Shown: positions 1-9,563, numbered from the stretch's first letter. The stretch is 64,000 nt of DNA from an uncultured delta proteobacterium (GCA_963776345.1 CAVZMH010000013.1:32001-96000), one strand, 5' to 3'. Notes: generated from the sequence alone by a model not told the origin. Translations and numbers: made by a program.

Positions 1-2
1 TC

Positions 3-131
3 GGGCAGATTCCCTGCCGCCGCATCGGCACCCTGCTCCGCTTCAAGCCCGAGGAGGTCGAGGCTTGGCTCGACCGGAACGCCAGCGCGTCGATTCTCCC
101 CTTCCCCCGTCACGCTGGCGGGCGAGAATAG
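3..131 (+). CDS. Excisionase-like helix-turn-helix protein (HTH_17/Xis type), 5'-truncated by the window edge
   Basis: Manual translation from position 3 gives GQIPCRRIGTLLRFKPEEVEAWLDRNAS...GRE*. The IPxxRIGxxxRF...V.AWL pattern is the typical Xis wing. The stop lies 3 nt before the integrase ATG. Confidence 0.75.
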   Translation, partial: GQIPCRRIGTLLRFKPEEVEAWLDRNASASILPFPRHAGGRE

Positions 132-134
132 GCC

Positions 135-1490
135 ATGGCTGACCCGTTCCTGTTCCGAGGTCGGTGGTTCCTCCGGTTCCAAGACGAGACCGAGCGGTGG
201 AGGCAGCGGCCCTCGGCGGCTCGGACGAAGACCGAGGCGAAGCGCCTTCAGGCCGAGTTGGAGTACCAGATCGGCCGTCGTCGCCTCGGACTCGAGGGCA
301 CTGTGTCCGCGGAGGTGTCGACCCTCGGCGAGCTGCTCAAGCGCTGGCTGCGCGAGACATCCTCCACAGCGTCCGCCTCGAAGAACACGAGCGCGGTCGC
401 GAAACACCTGCTCGGCGAGGCCCTCGCGACAAGGCGGCTCGATCAGGTGCGGACGGCGGACGTCAATGACCTGATCGCCCGGAAGAGCAGCGAGGGACTC
501 GCGCCGCAGACGGTGAACCACCTGCGGGGGTTCCTCTCGCGGGCCTACTCGATGGCGATTGAGCGCGGTTGGTGGACCGGCGCCAACCCGGTTGCGAGGG
601 CGAAGAAGCTCGCCATTCCTGAACTCGACCGCGACGAGCGCGAGTGGCTCCGCGAGGAGGAGTTCCGCGGGGTGCTCGAGGAGTTGGATCCGCGCTGGCG
701 GCCGCTCTTCGCGACGGCCGTCTACGGCGGTCTTCGAAAGGGCGAGCTGCGTGCGCTCCGCAAGGACGCCATCGACTTCGAGGTCGGCTGCATCAAGGTC
801 GCTCGGAGCGGCGGTCGCAGGACGACGAAGAGCGGCAAAGTGCGCCGTGTGCCCATCCACCCGGAGTTGCTCCCCTACCTCCAGCGCGCGGTCGACTCGT
901 CGCCCTCCGCCGCCCTGGTCTTCCCCGGCCCGGACGGAGAGATGATGCGCGAGGATGCGAAGCTGCAGGCCGTCCTACGACGCGCCTTGGCCCGCGCCGG
1001 CATCGTCAACGGGTATGAGCACCGCTGCCGGAAGCACGGGTGCAAGCACTGCGAGCGGCACTCCGACCAGGACCAGCGCCGGTGCCCGAAACACAAGGTC
1101 ATCCTCTGGCCGGTGCCCGTCCACCGGAAGGTCCGGTTCCACGACCTGAGGCACACGGCCGCCTCGCTCTACCTCGGCGCCGGGGTGGACCCAGTCGTCG
1201 TCCAGCGGACCCTCGGGCACGCCGATGTGACGATGACGGTCGGCCGGTACGGGCACTTCCGGCCCGAGCACGAGCTGCGGCAGTTGTCGAAGCTCCAGCT
1301 CGGGATCCCAGCGCCGGAGCCCGTGTCCCGGGAATCCTTGCTTCACCCCTTGCTTCACCCCGACGCCGGACACTCGAAGGCCCCGACCGCGCCCGCCGAA
1401 ATCGTGAGCGCTGCCGGGGCCTTCCAGAGAGCGGGAGACGGGGGTCGAACCCGCGACCCTCGGCTTGGGAAGCCGATGCTCTACCACTGA
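135..1490 (+). CDS. int: Tyrosine recombinase / phage integrase
   Basis: Catalytic motifs GLRKGEL (R), TTKSGK (K), FHDLRH (HxxR), LGH and VGRYGH (Y); N-terminal arm-binding-like region. Confidence 0.95.
   Translation: MADPFLFRGRWFLRFQDETERWRQRPSAARTKTEAKRLQAELEYQIGRRRLGLEGTVSAEVSTLGELLKRWLRETSSTASASKNTSAVAKHLLGEALATRRLDQVRTADVNDLIARKSSEGLAPQTVNHLRGFLSRAYSMAIERGWWTGANPVARAKKLAIPELDRDEREWLREEEFRGVLEELDPRWRPLFATAVYGGLRKGELRALRKDAIDFEVGCIKVARSGGRRTTKSGKVRRVPIHPELLPYLQRAVDSSPSAALVFPGPDGEMMREDAKLQAVLRRALARAGIVNGYEHRCRKHGCKHCERHSDQDQRRCPKHKVILWPVPVHRKVRFHDLRHTAASLYLGAGVDPVVVQRTLGHADVTMTVGRYGHFRPEHELRQLSKLQLGIPAPEPVSRESLLHPLLHPDAGHSKAPTAPAEIVSAAGAFQRAGDGGRTRDPRLGKPMLYH
1337..1360. repeat. Perfect 12-bp tandem direct repeat CTTGCTTCACCC x2 inside int (candidate arm-type integrase binding sites)
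   Basis: The repeat is directly visible about 70 bp from the tRNA 3' end. Its function is inferred. Confidence 0.6.
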
Positions 1491-1501
1491 GCTACTCCCG
1501 C
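1430..1501 (-). tRNA. tRNA-Gly (anticodon CCC)
   Basis: Reverse complement reads GCGGGAGTAGCTCAGTGGTAGAGCATCGGCTTCCCAAGCCGAGGGTCGCGGGTTCGACCCCCGTCTCCCGCT: full cloverleaf, CCC anticodon, U discriminator, no encoded CCA. Confidence 0.97.
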
Positions 1502-1590
1502 GGACGGCGCGATCGAGGTACTACGACCGGGCCCCCCGGTTCAAGCCGGTTGATCCCAATCGCGGGCCGGCGTGACTACCGTACCTTCCG

Positions 1591-2371
1591 ATGGCGCGCA
1601 TCCTGGTCGGGACCAGCGGATACCTCTACCGGGACTGGCGGAACGTGCTGTACCCGCCGGGCCTCGGCACCGGGCGCTGGCTCCAGCGGTACGCGAGCGT
1701 CTTCCCGACGCTGGAGCTCAACACCACCTTCTACCGGCTCACCACGGCCGTGGCCGCCGCCCGCTGGCGCGACGCGACGCCACCCGGCTTCGTCTTCACC
1801 GTCAAGGGCAGCCGGTACATCACTCACATGAAGAAGCTGAAGGACCCCGCCGCGGCGCTCGGAGCGCTTCTTCGCCCCACTCCGGCCGCTGCGGCCGAAG
1901 CTGGCGGTGGTTCTGTGGCAGCTCCCGCCCCGATTCGACGTGGACGCGCTGCCGCGGCTGGACGCCTTCCTCGCGGCACTGCCACCTGGTGTCCGGTACG
2001 CGGTCGAGTTCCGCGAGCCGAGCTGGTACCTCCCCGAGACCTGCGAGGTGCTCGACGCGCACGGCGCGGCATTCTGCGAGCACGACCTCGTCCCGCTCCC
2101 CCCGCCCCGGCTCACCGGTGGCTTCCGCTACCTCCGCTTTCACGGCGCGGGCGCGAAGTACGGCGGCCGTTACGGCCCCGCGGCGCTCGACCCGGTCGCC
2201 CGCGACCTCCTCCGGACTCGTCGCCGGGGCAAGGACGCCTACGTCTTCTTCAACAACGACTTCTGCGGTCACGCGGTGCACGACGCGCTGACGCTCCGCG
2301 AGGCGCTGGGAGAAACGATGCGCCTTGACACCCCCCACCCCGACGGACAAAAGCCCGGGGCCACTCCATGA
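1591..2371 (+). CDS. DUF72 family protein, split by one +1 frameshift near 1861
   Basis: GTSGY...YASVFPTLELNTTFYR...FTVKGSRYITHMKKLK in one frame; VLWQLPP...AVEFR...YLRFHG...YVFFNND in the next. Confidence 0.88.
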
Positions 2372-3348
2372 AGCTGGCGACCCTGCGAGACGGAACCCGG
2401 GACGGCGCGCTGGTGGTCGTCCGGCGCGACGGCGCCGCGTTCGCCCGCGCCCACGACGTGGCGCGCACGCTGCAATCGGCGCTCGACGCCTGGGAATCCA
2501 CCGAGGCGGCCCTCCGGGCGCTGTCCGAGCGTCTCGACTCGGGCGCGCTCGACGGCGAGCCGCTCGAGGTCCACCACCTTCACGCGCCGCTGCCCCGGGC
2601 GTACGAGTGGGTGGACGGCTCGGCGTACCTCAACCACGTCCGACTGGTGCGCAAGGCACGAGGGGCCGAGCCGCCGCCGACGCTGGAGACGGATCCGCTC
2701 GTGTACCAGGGCGGCTCGGGCGTGCTGCTCGGACCGACCGACGACCTGGTGCTGCCGGACCCCGCCTGGGGCCTCGACTTCGAGTCGGAGATCGTCGTGG
2801 TCCTGGGCGACGTGCCGCTCGGCACCAGGGCAGCCGAGGCGGGCAAGTACGTCCGCCTGGTCACCCAGTGCAACGACGTCAGCCTGCGGAACCTCATCCC
2901 CGCCGAGCTGGCCAAGGGCTTCGGCTTCTTCCAGGGCAAGCCGGCCACCGCGTTCGGCCCGTTCGCCGTCACCCCGGACGAGCTCGGCCCCGCCTGGCGC
3001 GACGGGCGAGCGCACGTGCGAGTCCGCTCCACGCTCAACGGCCGGGTGGTCGGCGACACCGACGCCGGGCCCGAGATGCACTTCTCCTTCTTCCAGCTCC
3101 TCGAGCACGTGGCGAAGACCCGGGCCTTCACCGCCGGGACGCTCCTCGGCAGCGGCACGGTGAGCAACGAGGACCGCGCGCGCGGCATCAGCTGCCTGGC
3201 CGAGCGGCGGATGATCGAGACCATCGAGCAGGGCAAGCCGTCGACGCCCTTCATGGCGGTGGGCGACCGGATCGAGGTCGAGACCTTCGACGCCCGGGGA
3301 GGGAGTCTCTTCGGCCGCATCTCGCAGACGGTGAGGGCGCCCGGATGA
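2368..3348 (+). CDS. Fumarylacetoacetate hydrolase family protein
   Basis: MKLATLRDGTRDG, DFESEIVVV, NDVSLRNLIPAELAKGFGFFQGKP, GSGTVSN; lies in an operon with maiA, hppD and hmgA. Confidence 0.92.
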   Translation: MKLATLRDGTRDGALVVVRRDGAAFARAHDVARTLQSALDAWESTEAALRALSERLDSGALDGEPLEVHHLHAPLPRAYEWVDGSAYLNHVRLVRKARGAEPPPTLETDPLVYQGGSGVLLGPTDDLVLPDPAWGLDFESEIVVVLGDVPLGTRAAEAGKYVRLVTQCNDVSLRNLIPAELAKGFGFFQGKPATAFGPFAVTPDELGPAWRDGRAHVRVRSTLNGRVVGDTDAGPEMHFSFFQLLEHVAKTRAFTAGTLLGSGTVSNEDRARGISCLAERRMIETIEQGKPSTPFMAVGDRIEVETFDARGGSLFGRISQTVRAPG

Positions 3349-3989
3349 AGCTCTACGGGTACTGGCGCAGCGGGGCGACGTGGCGGGTGCGGATCGCGCT
3401 CGCCTGGAAGGGCGTCCCGTACGACTACCAGCCGGTGAACCTCCTCGAGGGCAAGCAGCACGAGGACCCTTACCGCTCGCTGAATCTCATGCAGTCCGTC
3501 CCGCTGCTCGAGTGGCAGGACCACGGGGCCATCCGCCGGCTCGCGCAGAGCCTCGCCATCCTCGACCACCTCGAGCAGCGCTTCCCCTCCCCGCCGCTCC
3601 TGCCGATGGACCCGTGGCTCCGGGCCCGCGCCCGCCAGCTCGCGGAGATGGTGAACTCGGGCATCCAGCCCTTCCAGACCCCGGTGGTGCTCGGACAGGT
3701 CAAGGCGTTCGGCGGCGACGACCGGGCCTGGGTGCACTTCTTCCTGGGGCGGGGCCTGGCCGCGCTGGAGGAGGAGACCTCCCGGACGGCCGGCAGGTTC
3801 TCGGTGGACGACGCGCCGTCCTTCGCCGACTGTTGCCTGGTGCCACAGCTCTACGCCGCGCGGCGCTGGAAGATCGACCTCGCTCCCTTCCCCACCCTCA
3901 CCCGCATCGAGGCGGCTTGCGAGTCCCTGCCCGCCTTCCAGGCCGCCCATCCCGATCGCCAGCCGGACGCAGCACACGCTCCGCGCTAA
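3345..3989 (+). CDS. maiA: Maleylacetoacetate isomerase (GST zeta class)
   Basis: MKLYGYWRSGATWRVRIAL, QSLAIL, SGIQP, ADCCLVPQLYAARR, AAHPDRQPD; ATGA overlap with the upstream gene. Confidence 0.93.
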   Translation: MKLYGYWRSGATWRVRIALAWKGVPYDYQPVNLLEGKQHEDPYRSLNLMQSVPLLEWQDHGAIRRLAQSLAILDHLEQRFPSPPLLPMDPWLRARARQLAEMVNSGIQPFQTPVVLGQVKAFGGDDRAWVHFFLGRGLAALEEETSRTAGRFSVDDAPSFADCCLVPQLYAARRWKIDLAPFPTLTRIEAACESLPAFQAAHPDRQPDAAHAPR

Positions 3990-4004
3990 TCAAGGAACGA
4001 CGCC

Positions 4005-5162
4005 ATGCCCCAGAACGAATCTCTCGGACTCCTCGGACTCGAATCCGCGCACTGGTACGTGCGCGATCTGGAGCGGAGCCGCCGCTTCTACACGGCCGGG
4101 ATGGACTTCAAGGAGATCGGCGGCAGCGACCCCGACCTCACCGCGCGCGGCAAGCAGCAGAGCCTGGTGTTCCAGGCCGGGGACGTCGTCCTCGTCGTCA
4201 GCCAGCCCCGCGGAGAGGGCGGGCGCGCGGCGCGCTGGCTCGCCAAGCACCCCGACGGGGTGGGAACGCTCACCTTCGCGGTCAAGGACGTCGAGCGGAC
4301 GTTCCGCCTCCTGGAGCGGCGCGGGGCGACGGCCATCGACGACATCCAGACCGTCCGGGACAACCGCGGCGGGAAGCTGAGCTGGTTCTCCATCACCACC
4401 CCGTTCGGCGACACGACCTTCCGCTTCGCCCAGCGCGACGGCTACCGCCCCCTCTTCCCGGGGATGATCTTCCACGAGAAGCCCTCCGGCGGTCAGAACC
4501 GCTTCGGCTTCAACGTCATCGACCACGTGACGTCGAACTTCCGCACCCTGATGCCGGCGATCATGTGGATGGAGCAGGTGCTGGGGCTGGAGCGGTTCTG
4601 GAAGATCGAGTTCCACACCGACGACGCCGCGGACAAGCTCCAGAAGGGCTCGGGGCTGCGCTCCACGGTGATGTGGGATCCGGAGTCGGGGGTGAAGTTC
4701 GCCAACAACGAGCCCGCCCGCCCCAACTTCCGCGCCTCGCAGATCAACATCTTCGTCGAGGACAACCGCGGCGAGGGCATCCAGCACCTGGCGCTCGGCG
4801 TCGAGGCCATCATCCCCGCGGTCGAGGGCATGCTGAAGACCCGGGCGGTCCAGTTCATGGACACCCCGGACAGCTACTACGACCAGCTCGGGAAGCGGCT
4901 GGAGGTGTTCGGGATCGGGCGGATCGACGAGAACCCGGACGATCTTCGCCGGCTCCGCATCCTCATCGACGGCAACAAGGAGCACAGCTACCTGCTCCAG
5001 ATCTTCATGAAGGACGCGGCGAGCCTGTACGGCGACCGGGAGGCCGGGCCCTTCTTCTACGAGGTCATCCAGCGCAAGGGCGACAAGGGCTTCGGCGCGG
5101 GGAACTTCCGCTCGCTGTTCGAGAGCATCGAGCGCGACCAGAAGGCCGCGGGCCGGGTCTAG
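4005..5162 (+). CDS. hppD: 4-hydroxyphenylpyruvate dioxygenase
   Basis: IDHV, NEP, SQI, GIQHLAL, YLLQIF, FFYEVIQRKGDKGFGAGNFRSLFESIERDQ. Confidence 0.95.
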   Translation: MPQNESLGLLGLESAHWYVRDLERSRRFYTAGMDFKEIGGSDPDLTARGKQQSLVFQAGDVVLVVSQPRGEGGRAARWLAKHPDGVGTLTFAVKDVERTFRLLERRGATAIDDIQTVRDNRGGKLSWFSITTPFGDTTFRFAQRDGYRPLFPGMIFHEKPSGGQNRFGFNVIDHVTSNFRTLMPAIMWMEQVLGLERFWKIEFHTDDAADKLQKGSGLRSTVMWDPESGVKFANNEPARPNFRASQINIFVEDNRGEGIQHLALGVEAIIPAVEGMLKTRAVQFMDTPDSYYDQLGKRLEVFGIGRIDENPDDLRRLRILIDGNKEHSYLLQIFMKDAASLYGDREAGPFFYEVIQRKGDKGFGAGNFRSLFESIERDQKAAGRV

Positions 5163-5173
5163 GGAGAAGGGCG

Positions 5174-6358
5174 ATGATCGAGCGGCTGGTGTTCGGAACC
5201 GTCCCCAGGAAGCACCACATCCAGCTCCGGCTCGAGGGCGGCGCGCTGGCCTTCGAGGAGTGCTTCACCCAGGAGGGATTCGACGGCCCGTACACCATCG
5301 CTTACCACCAGCGGGCGCCGCACACCCAATCGCTGAGCGAGGCGAAGCACGGCTGGGCCCAGCCGGTGGACGCCGCCGAGGGCCGCCGGCTCGCCAAGCG
5401 CCACTACAAGACCCAGGACATGGCGCGGAGGGGCGGTGCGCCGGTGAACGCGCGCACCCCGCTGCTCTTCAACGCCGACGTGACGCTGGGGATGCTGTTC
5501 CCCGACCGTCCGGACCCGGTCTACGTGAGCAACGCCGACGCGGACGAGCTGTTCTGGATCCAGCAGGGGGGCGGGACGCTGCGGACGGCGCTCGGCGATG
5601 TGCGCTTCACCGCCGACGACTACCTGTTCGTGCCCCGCGGGCTCCTGCACCGGCTCCTCCCCGACGCGGGGCCCCAGGCCTGGCTGTGGATGGAGCTGAA
5701 TGGCGGCCTCCATCTGCCCCGCCAGTGGCGGAACGAGGTGGGCCAGTTGCGGATGGACGCCCCCTACAGCCACCGCGACTTCAAGCGGCCCGAGTTCAAG
5801 GGGCCGATGGACGAGGACATCCGCGAGCTGGTGGTGAAGAAGGGCGGCGCCTTCCACGGGTTCCGGTACCGGCACTCGCCGCTGGACGTCGTCGGGTGGG
5901 ACGGCACGGTCTACCCGTGGGCGTTCCCCATCCTGAACTTCCAGCCGCGGGCGGGCCTGGTGCACCTGCCGCCCACCTGGCACGGCACGTTCGCCGCGCG
6001 CGGGGCGCTGGTCTGCAGCTTCGTGCCCCGGGTGGTGGACTTCCATCCCGAGGCCATCCCCTGCCCCTACCCGCACGCGTCGATCGACTGCGACGAGTTC
6101 CTCTTCTATGCGCGGGGCAACTTCACCAGCCGCCGGGGCGTCGGCCCGGGGAGCGTGAGCCACCACCCGGCGGGCGTGGCGCACGGGCCGCATCCGGGCG
6201 CGTACGAGGGCAGCATCGGGCATCCGCGGACCGACGAGCTGGCGGTGATGCTCGACACCACGCTGCCGCTGAGGACCACCGCCGCGGCGCTGGCGGTCGA
6301 GGACCCGGGGTACCAGGACAGCTTCATCCCGGCGGGGGAGTCGTCCTCGAAGTCTTGA
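5174..6358 (+). CDS. hmgA: Homogentisate 1,2-dioxygenase
   Basis: PRKHHIQ, NADADEL, PLDVVGWDG, HLPP, CSFVPR, PYPH, HPAGVAHGPHPG, ELAVMLDT; ATG at 5174 follows a purine-rich RBS. Confidence 0.93.
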   Translation: MIERLVFGTVPRKHHIQLRLEGGALAFEECFTQEGFDGPYTIAYHQRAPHTQSLSEAKHGWAQPVDAAEGRRLAKRHYKTQDMARRGGAPVNARTPLLFNADVTLGMLFPDRPDPVYVSNADADELFWIQQGGGTLRTALGDVRFTADDYLFVPRGLLHRLLPDAGPQAWLWMELNGGLHLPRQWRNEVGQLRMDAPYSHRDFKRPEFKGPMDEDIRELVVKKGGAFHGFRYRHSPLDVVGWDGTVYPWAFPILNFQPRAGLVHLPPTWHGTFAARGALVCSFVPRVVDFHPEAIPCPYPHASIDCDEFLFYARGNFTSRRGVGPGSVSHHPAGVAHGPHPGAYEGSIGHPRTDELAVMLDTTLPLRTTAAALAVEDPGYQDSFIPAGESSSKS

Positions 6359-6392
6359 CCTGAACGCCCGTTCACGTCCAGCATCCGGCCGC

Positions 6393-7421
6393 ATGAAGCC
6401 GCGCGCCTGGTCCAATCCGCCGAATCCCTTCGCCCCGACCGCGCTCGAGTACCTCGAGGAGGACCACCCGCGGGCCGCGGTGCACGTCTGGGACGACGCG
6501 ACGAAGGGCATCCTGGCCACCAACGACAGCCCCGACATCGGCTTCCGCTTCAGCGTGAATCCCTACCGGGGCTGCATGCATGCCTGCGCCTACTGCTACG
6601 CGAGGCCGGGCCACGAGTACCTGGGCTTCGGCGCCGGCACCGACTTCGACACCCAGGTGGTGGTGAAGCGCCGTGCGCCCGAGCTGCTCCGCGAGGCGTT
6701 CTGGAAGCCGTCCTGGACGGGTGAGCTGGTGGTCTTCAGCGGGGTGACCGACTGCTACCAGCCGCTCGAGGCGTCGCTCCGGCTGACCCGCGGCTGCCTC
6801 GAGGTCTGCGCCGAGTTCCGGAACCCGGTGGGCATCATCACCAAGTCGCCGATCATCGAGCGCGACCTCGACGTGCTCCAGGACCTCGAGCGGAACGCGA
6901 GCCTGAGCGTGGCCATCAGCCTGCCCTTCCACGACCAGGAGGTCGCCCGCGCGCTCGAGCCGGGGGTCGCCACCCCGCGTCGGCGCCTCCAGATCGTCGA
7001 GCGGCTCGCCGCCGCGGGCATCCGGGTCGGGGTCAGCATCGCGCCCATCGTCCCCGGCCTCGACGAGGGCGTGTCGCGGGTCCTGGCGGACGCGGCCAGC
7101 GCCGGCGCCCGCTTCGCCGGCTACGTGCTCCTGCGCCTGCCCGGGTCGGTGCGGCCCGTCTTCGAGCAGCGGCTGCGCGAGGCCCTGCCGCTGCGCGCGG
7201 AGAAGGTGCTTCACCGCATCCAGGAGACCCGCGGCGGCAAGATGTACGACTCGACCTGGGGGCTCCGTCAGCGGGGCGAGGGCCAGTACGCCGAGGCCAT
7301 CGCCGCGCTCTTCGCCGCGCAGGCCCGGAAGGTCGGCCTCGCGCCGCGCTGGCCGGACGAGACCCGGCCCGACACCTTCCGCGGCCCGGACCGTCCGGGG
7401 GACCAGCTCGCGCTGCTCTAG
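6393..7421 (+). CDS. Radical SAM protein, PA0069/Rv2578c (SplB-like) family
   Basis: SVNPYRGCMHACAYCYAR (CxxxCxxC), GVTDCYQP, IITKS, C-terminal QLALL. Confidence 0.9.
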   Translation: MKPRAWSNPPNPFAPTALEYLEEDHPRAAVHVWDDATKGILATNDSPDIGFRFSVNPYRGCMHACAYCYARPGHEYLGFGAGTDFDTQVVVKRRAPELLREAFWKPSWTGELVVFSGVTDCYQPLEASLRLTRGCLEVCAEFRNPVGIITKSPIIERDLDVLQDLERNASLSVAISLPFHDQEVARALEPGVATPRRRLQIVERLAAAGIRVGVSIAPIVPGLDEGVSRVLADAASAGARFAGYVLLRLPGSVRPVFEQRLREALPLRAEKVLHRIQETRGGKMYDSTWGLRQRGEGQYAEAIAALFAAQARKVGLAPRWPDETRPDTFRGPDRPGDQLALL

Positions 7422-7439
7422 GGAGCCCTGGCGCGGGCG

Positions 7440-9509
7440 CTACCAGACCTCGCAGCGGTTCTGCGCCACCATCCGGTCGCCCGCCTTGCACCCGAAGGCC
7501 TGCTGGAACTGGGGCAGGTTGGAGAGCGGGCCGTCGATCCGGAACCGCGGCGGCGAGTGGGGATCCACCGTCGCCCGCCGGCGGGCCTCCTCCGGGCGGG
7601 TGTTGGTGCACCAGGCCTGGGCGGCACCGAGGAAGAACTGCTGCTCCGGGGTGAACCGGCTCGGAGGCGCGGCGCGCTCAGGGTGGGCCCTGGCATAGGC
7701 CTGCATCGCGGCGAAGGCGAGCTTGAGCCCGCCCAGGTCGGCCACGTTCTCCCCGAGCGTCAGCGCGCCGTTCACGTGAAGGTCGTCCACCGCCACGTAG
7801 CCGTCGAACTGCTTCTTCACGCACTCGGCTCGCTCCACGAAGGCCTTGCCCGACTCGGGGGTCCACCAGTCGGCGAGGTTCCCCTTGGCGTCGAACTGGC
7901 GGCCCTCGTCGTCGAACCCGTGGGTGAGCTCGTGGCCCACCACCATGCCCATCGAGCCGAAGTTGACCGCGTCGGTCGCCTCCTTGTTGAAGAACGGAGG
8001 CTGGAGGATGCCGGCCGGGAAGACGATCTCGTTGAGCGGCGGCTCGTAGTAGGCGTTCACCGTCGGCGGGGTCATGAGCCACAGTCCCCGGTCGAGCGGC
8101 TTGCCGATCTTCTTGAGATCGCGGGCGTTCTCGTGGGCCATCGACCGCATGCGGTTGCCGAGGAACGTCCCGCGGTCGGTGACCAGCCCGTCGTAGGTCT
8201 TCCACCTGTCGGGGTAGCCGATCTTGTCGAACACCGCCTTCGCCTTCTCCCGGGCACGGGCCTTGGTCGCCGCGTCCATCCAGGCGAGCGTGTCCAGATT
8301 CGCCTGGAACGCCTCCTCGATCTCGTTGACCATCGACTTGGTGACCTGCTTCCCGTCCGCTCCGAAGGTCTGGTTGATGAACGGGACCGCCAGCGCCTCG
8401 CCCAGCGCATGGTCGGTCGCGTCGACGCACTTCTTCCACCGAGGCTGGTCCTCCTTGGCTCCGGTGAGAAACTTGCTCTCGAAGGCGAACGCCGCGTCCT
8501 GGAACTGCCTGGGAAGCGCGACCACCTGGGAGGAGACCAGCCGCCAGGTCAGGTAGCTCCGGAGCTGCGACCGCGGAGCCTTCCGCACCAGCGTCCCCAC
8601 CTCCGCGGCGAACGCGGGGTGGGTGACGTTCAGGGCCTGAACGCCTGGCGTTCCCACCGCGGCGAAGTAGTGCGCCCAGTCGAACCCGGCCGCGGTCCGC
8701 ACCAGGCCCTTCGGGTCGGTGCGGTGGTAGACCTTGTTCGGGTCGCGGCGTGACACCCGGTCGAGGCTCGCCTGCGCGAGCTTGGTTTCGAGGTCCATCA
8801 CCTGGTCGGCCTTCCTCGCCGCCGCCGCCGGAGCATCGCCGAGGAGCCCGAACATCTGCGCCACGTAGGCCCGGTAGCCCTCGCGGATCTCCTTCATCTT
8901 CGCGGAGTCGCTCAGGTAGTACTCGCGGTCGGGCAGCCCCAGCCCACCCTGGTCCACGATGCCGATGACCTGGGTCGCGTCCTTGGCGTCCTGGCCCGAC
9001 CCGTACCCGAACAGCGCCCTGGCGCCGTCGTCGTGGAGCCGCGCCACCTCGGTCGCCACCTGCTTGGAGGTGGTGACCCGGTCGATTCGCCGGATCGCGG
9101 TGCGCAGCTCCGGCAGCGCGTTCTCCAGCTTCGACTCGTCCATGCACGTCGCGTAGAAGTCGCCGAGCTGCCTGGCGTACGGAGTTCCCTCGGGCGCCTT
9201 CCCCTCGGCGACCGCCTCGAGGATCTCCTTGAGGATCTGCTGGTTGCGCTCCTCGATGACGTTGAACCCGCGCCCCCACTTGCTCCGGTCCGGCGGGATG
9301 GGCGTCGCCTTGAGCCAGCCGCCGCAGGCGAACTGGTAGAAGTCGTCACAGGGGTTGACCGACGGGTCCATGGCCGCGGCGTCGAGCCCCGCGGGCATCG
9401 GCGGCGGGGTCGGAGCGACAGCCGCCTTCGGAGCGGGCGGGGACGGGGCGGGGGCGGGCGCGGAGGCGCAGCCCGCTGCGAGCAGGGCGAGGACGAGGAG
9501 ACGCTTCAC
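7440..9509 (-). CDS. M13 family zinc metallopeptidase (PepO/neprilysin-like), predicted lipoprotein
   Basis: PCDDFYQFACGGW, VNAYY, GHELTHGFDD, GENVADLGG; lipobox LAAGC after the GTG start at 9509. Confidence 0.93.
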   Translation of the reverse strand: MKRLLVLALLAAGCASAPAPAPSPPAPKAAVAPTPPPMPAGLDAAAMDPSVNPCDDFYQFACGGWLKATPIPPDRSKWGRGFNVIEERNQQILKEILEAVAEGKAPEGTPYARQLGDFYATCMDESKLENALPELRTAIRRIDRVTTSKQVATEVARLHDDGARALFGYGSGQDAKDATQVIGIVDQGGLGLPDREYYLSDSAKMKEIREGYRAYVAQMFGLLGDAPAAAARKADQVMDLETKLAQASLDRVSRRDPNKVYHRTDPKGLVRTAAGFDWAHYFAAVGTPGVQALNVTHPAFAAEVGTLVRKAPRSQLRSYLTWRLVSSQVVALPRQFQDAAFAFESKFLTGAKEDQPRWKKCVDATDHALGEALAVPFINQTFGADGKQVTKSMVNEIEEAFQANLDTLAWMDAATKARAREKAKAVFDKIGYPDRWKTYDGLVTDRGTFLGNRMRSMAHENARDLKKIGKPLDRGLWLMTPPTVNAYYEPPLNEIVFPAGILQPPFFNKEATDAVNFGSMGMVVGHELTHGFDDEGRQFDAKGNLADWWTPESGKAFVERAECVKKQFDGYVAVDDLHVNGALTLGENVADLGGLKLAFAAMQAYARAHPERAAPPSRFTPEQQFFLGAAQAWCTNTRPEEARRRATVDPHSPPRFRIDGPLSNLPQFQQAFGCKAGDRMVAQNRCEVW

Positions 9510-9563
9510 GGTGCCTGGGGCTCCTTGGAGGTTCGAAGGGCCCGGCACCCTAGCGGAAAATCG

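Larger units (their letters stand above)
1..1501. mobile_element. Right end of an integrative element or prophage inserted at the 3' end of tRNA-Gly; the body of the element lies left of the window
   Basis: xis-like gene plus tyrosine integrase abutting and overlapping the tRNA 3' end. Core-type genes resume after 1501. Confidence 0.75.
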
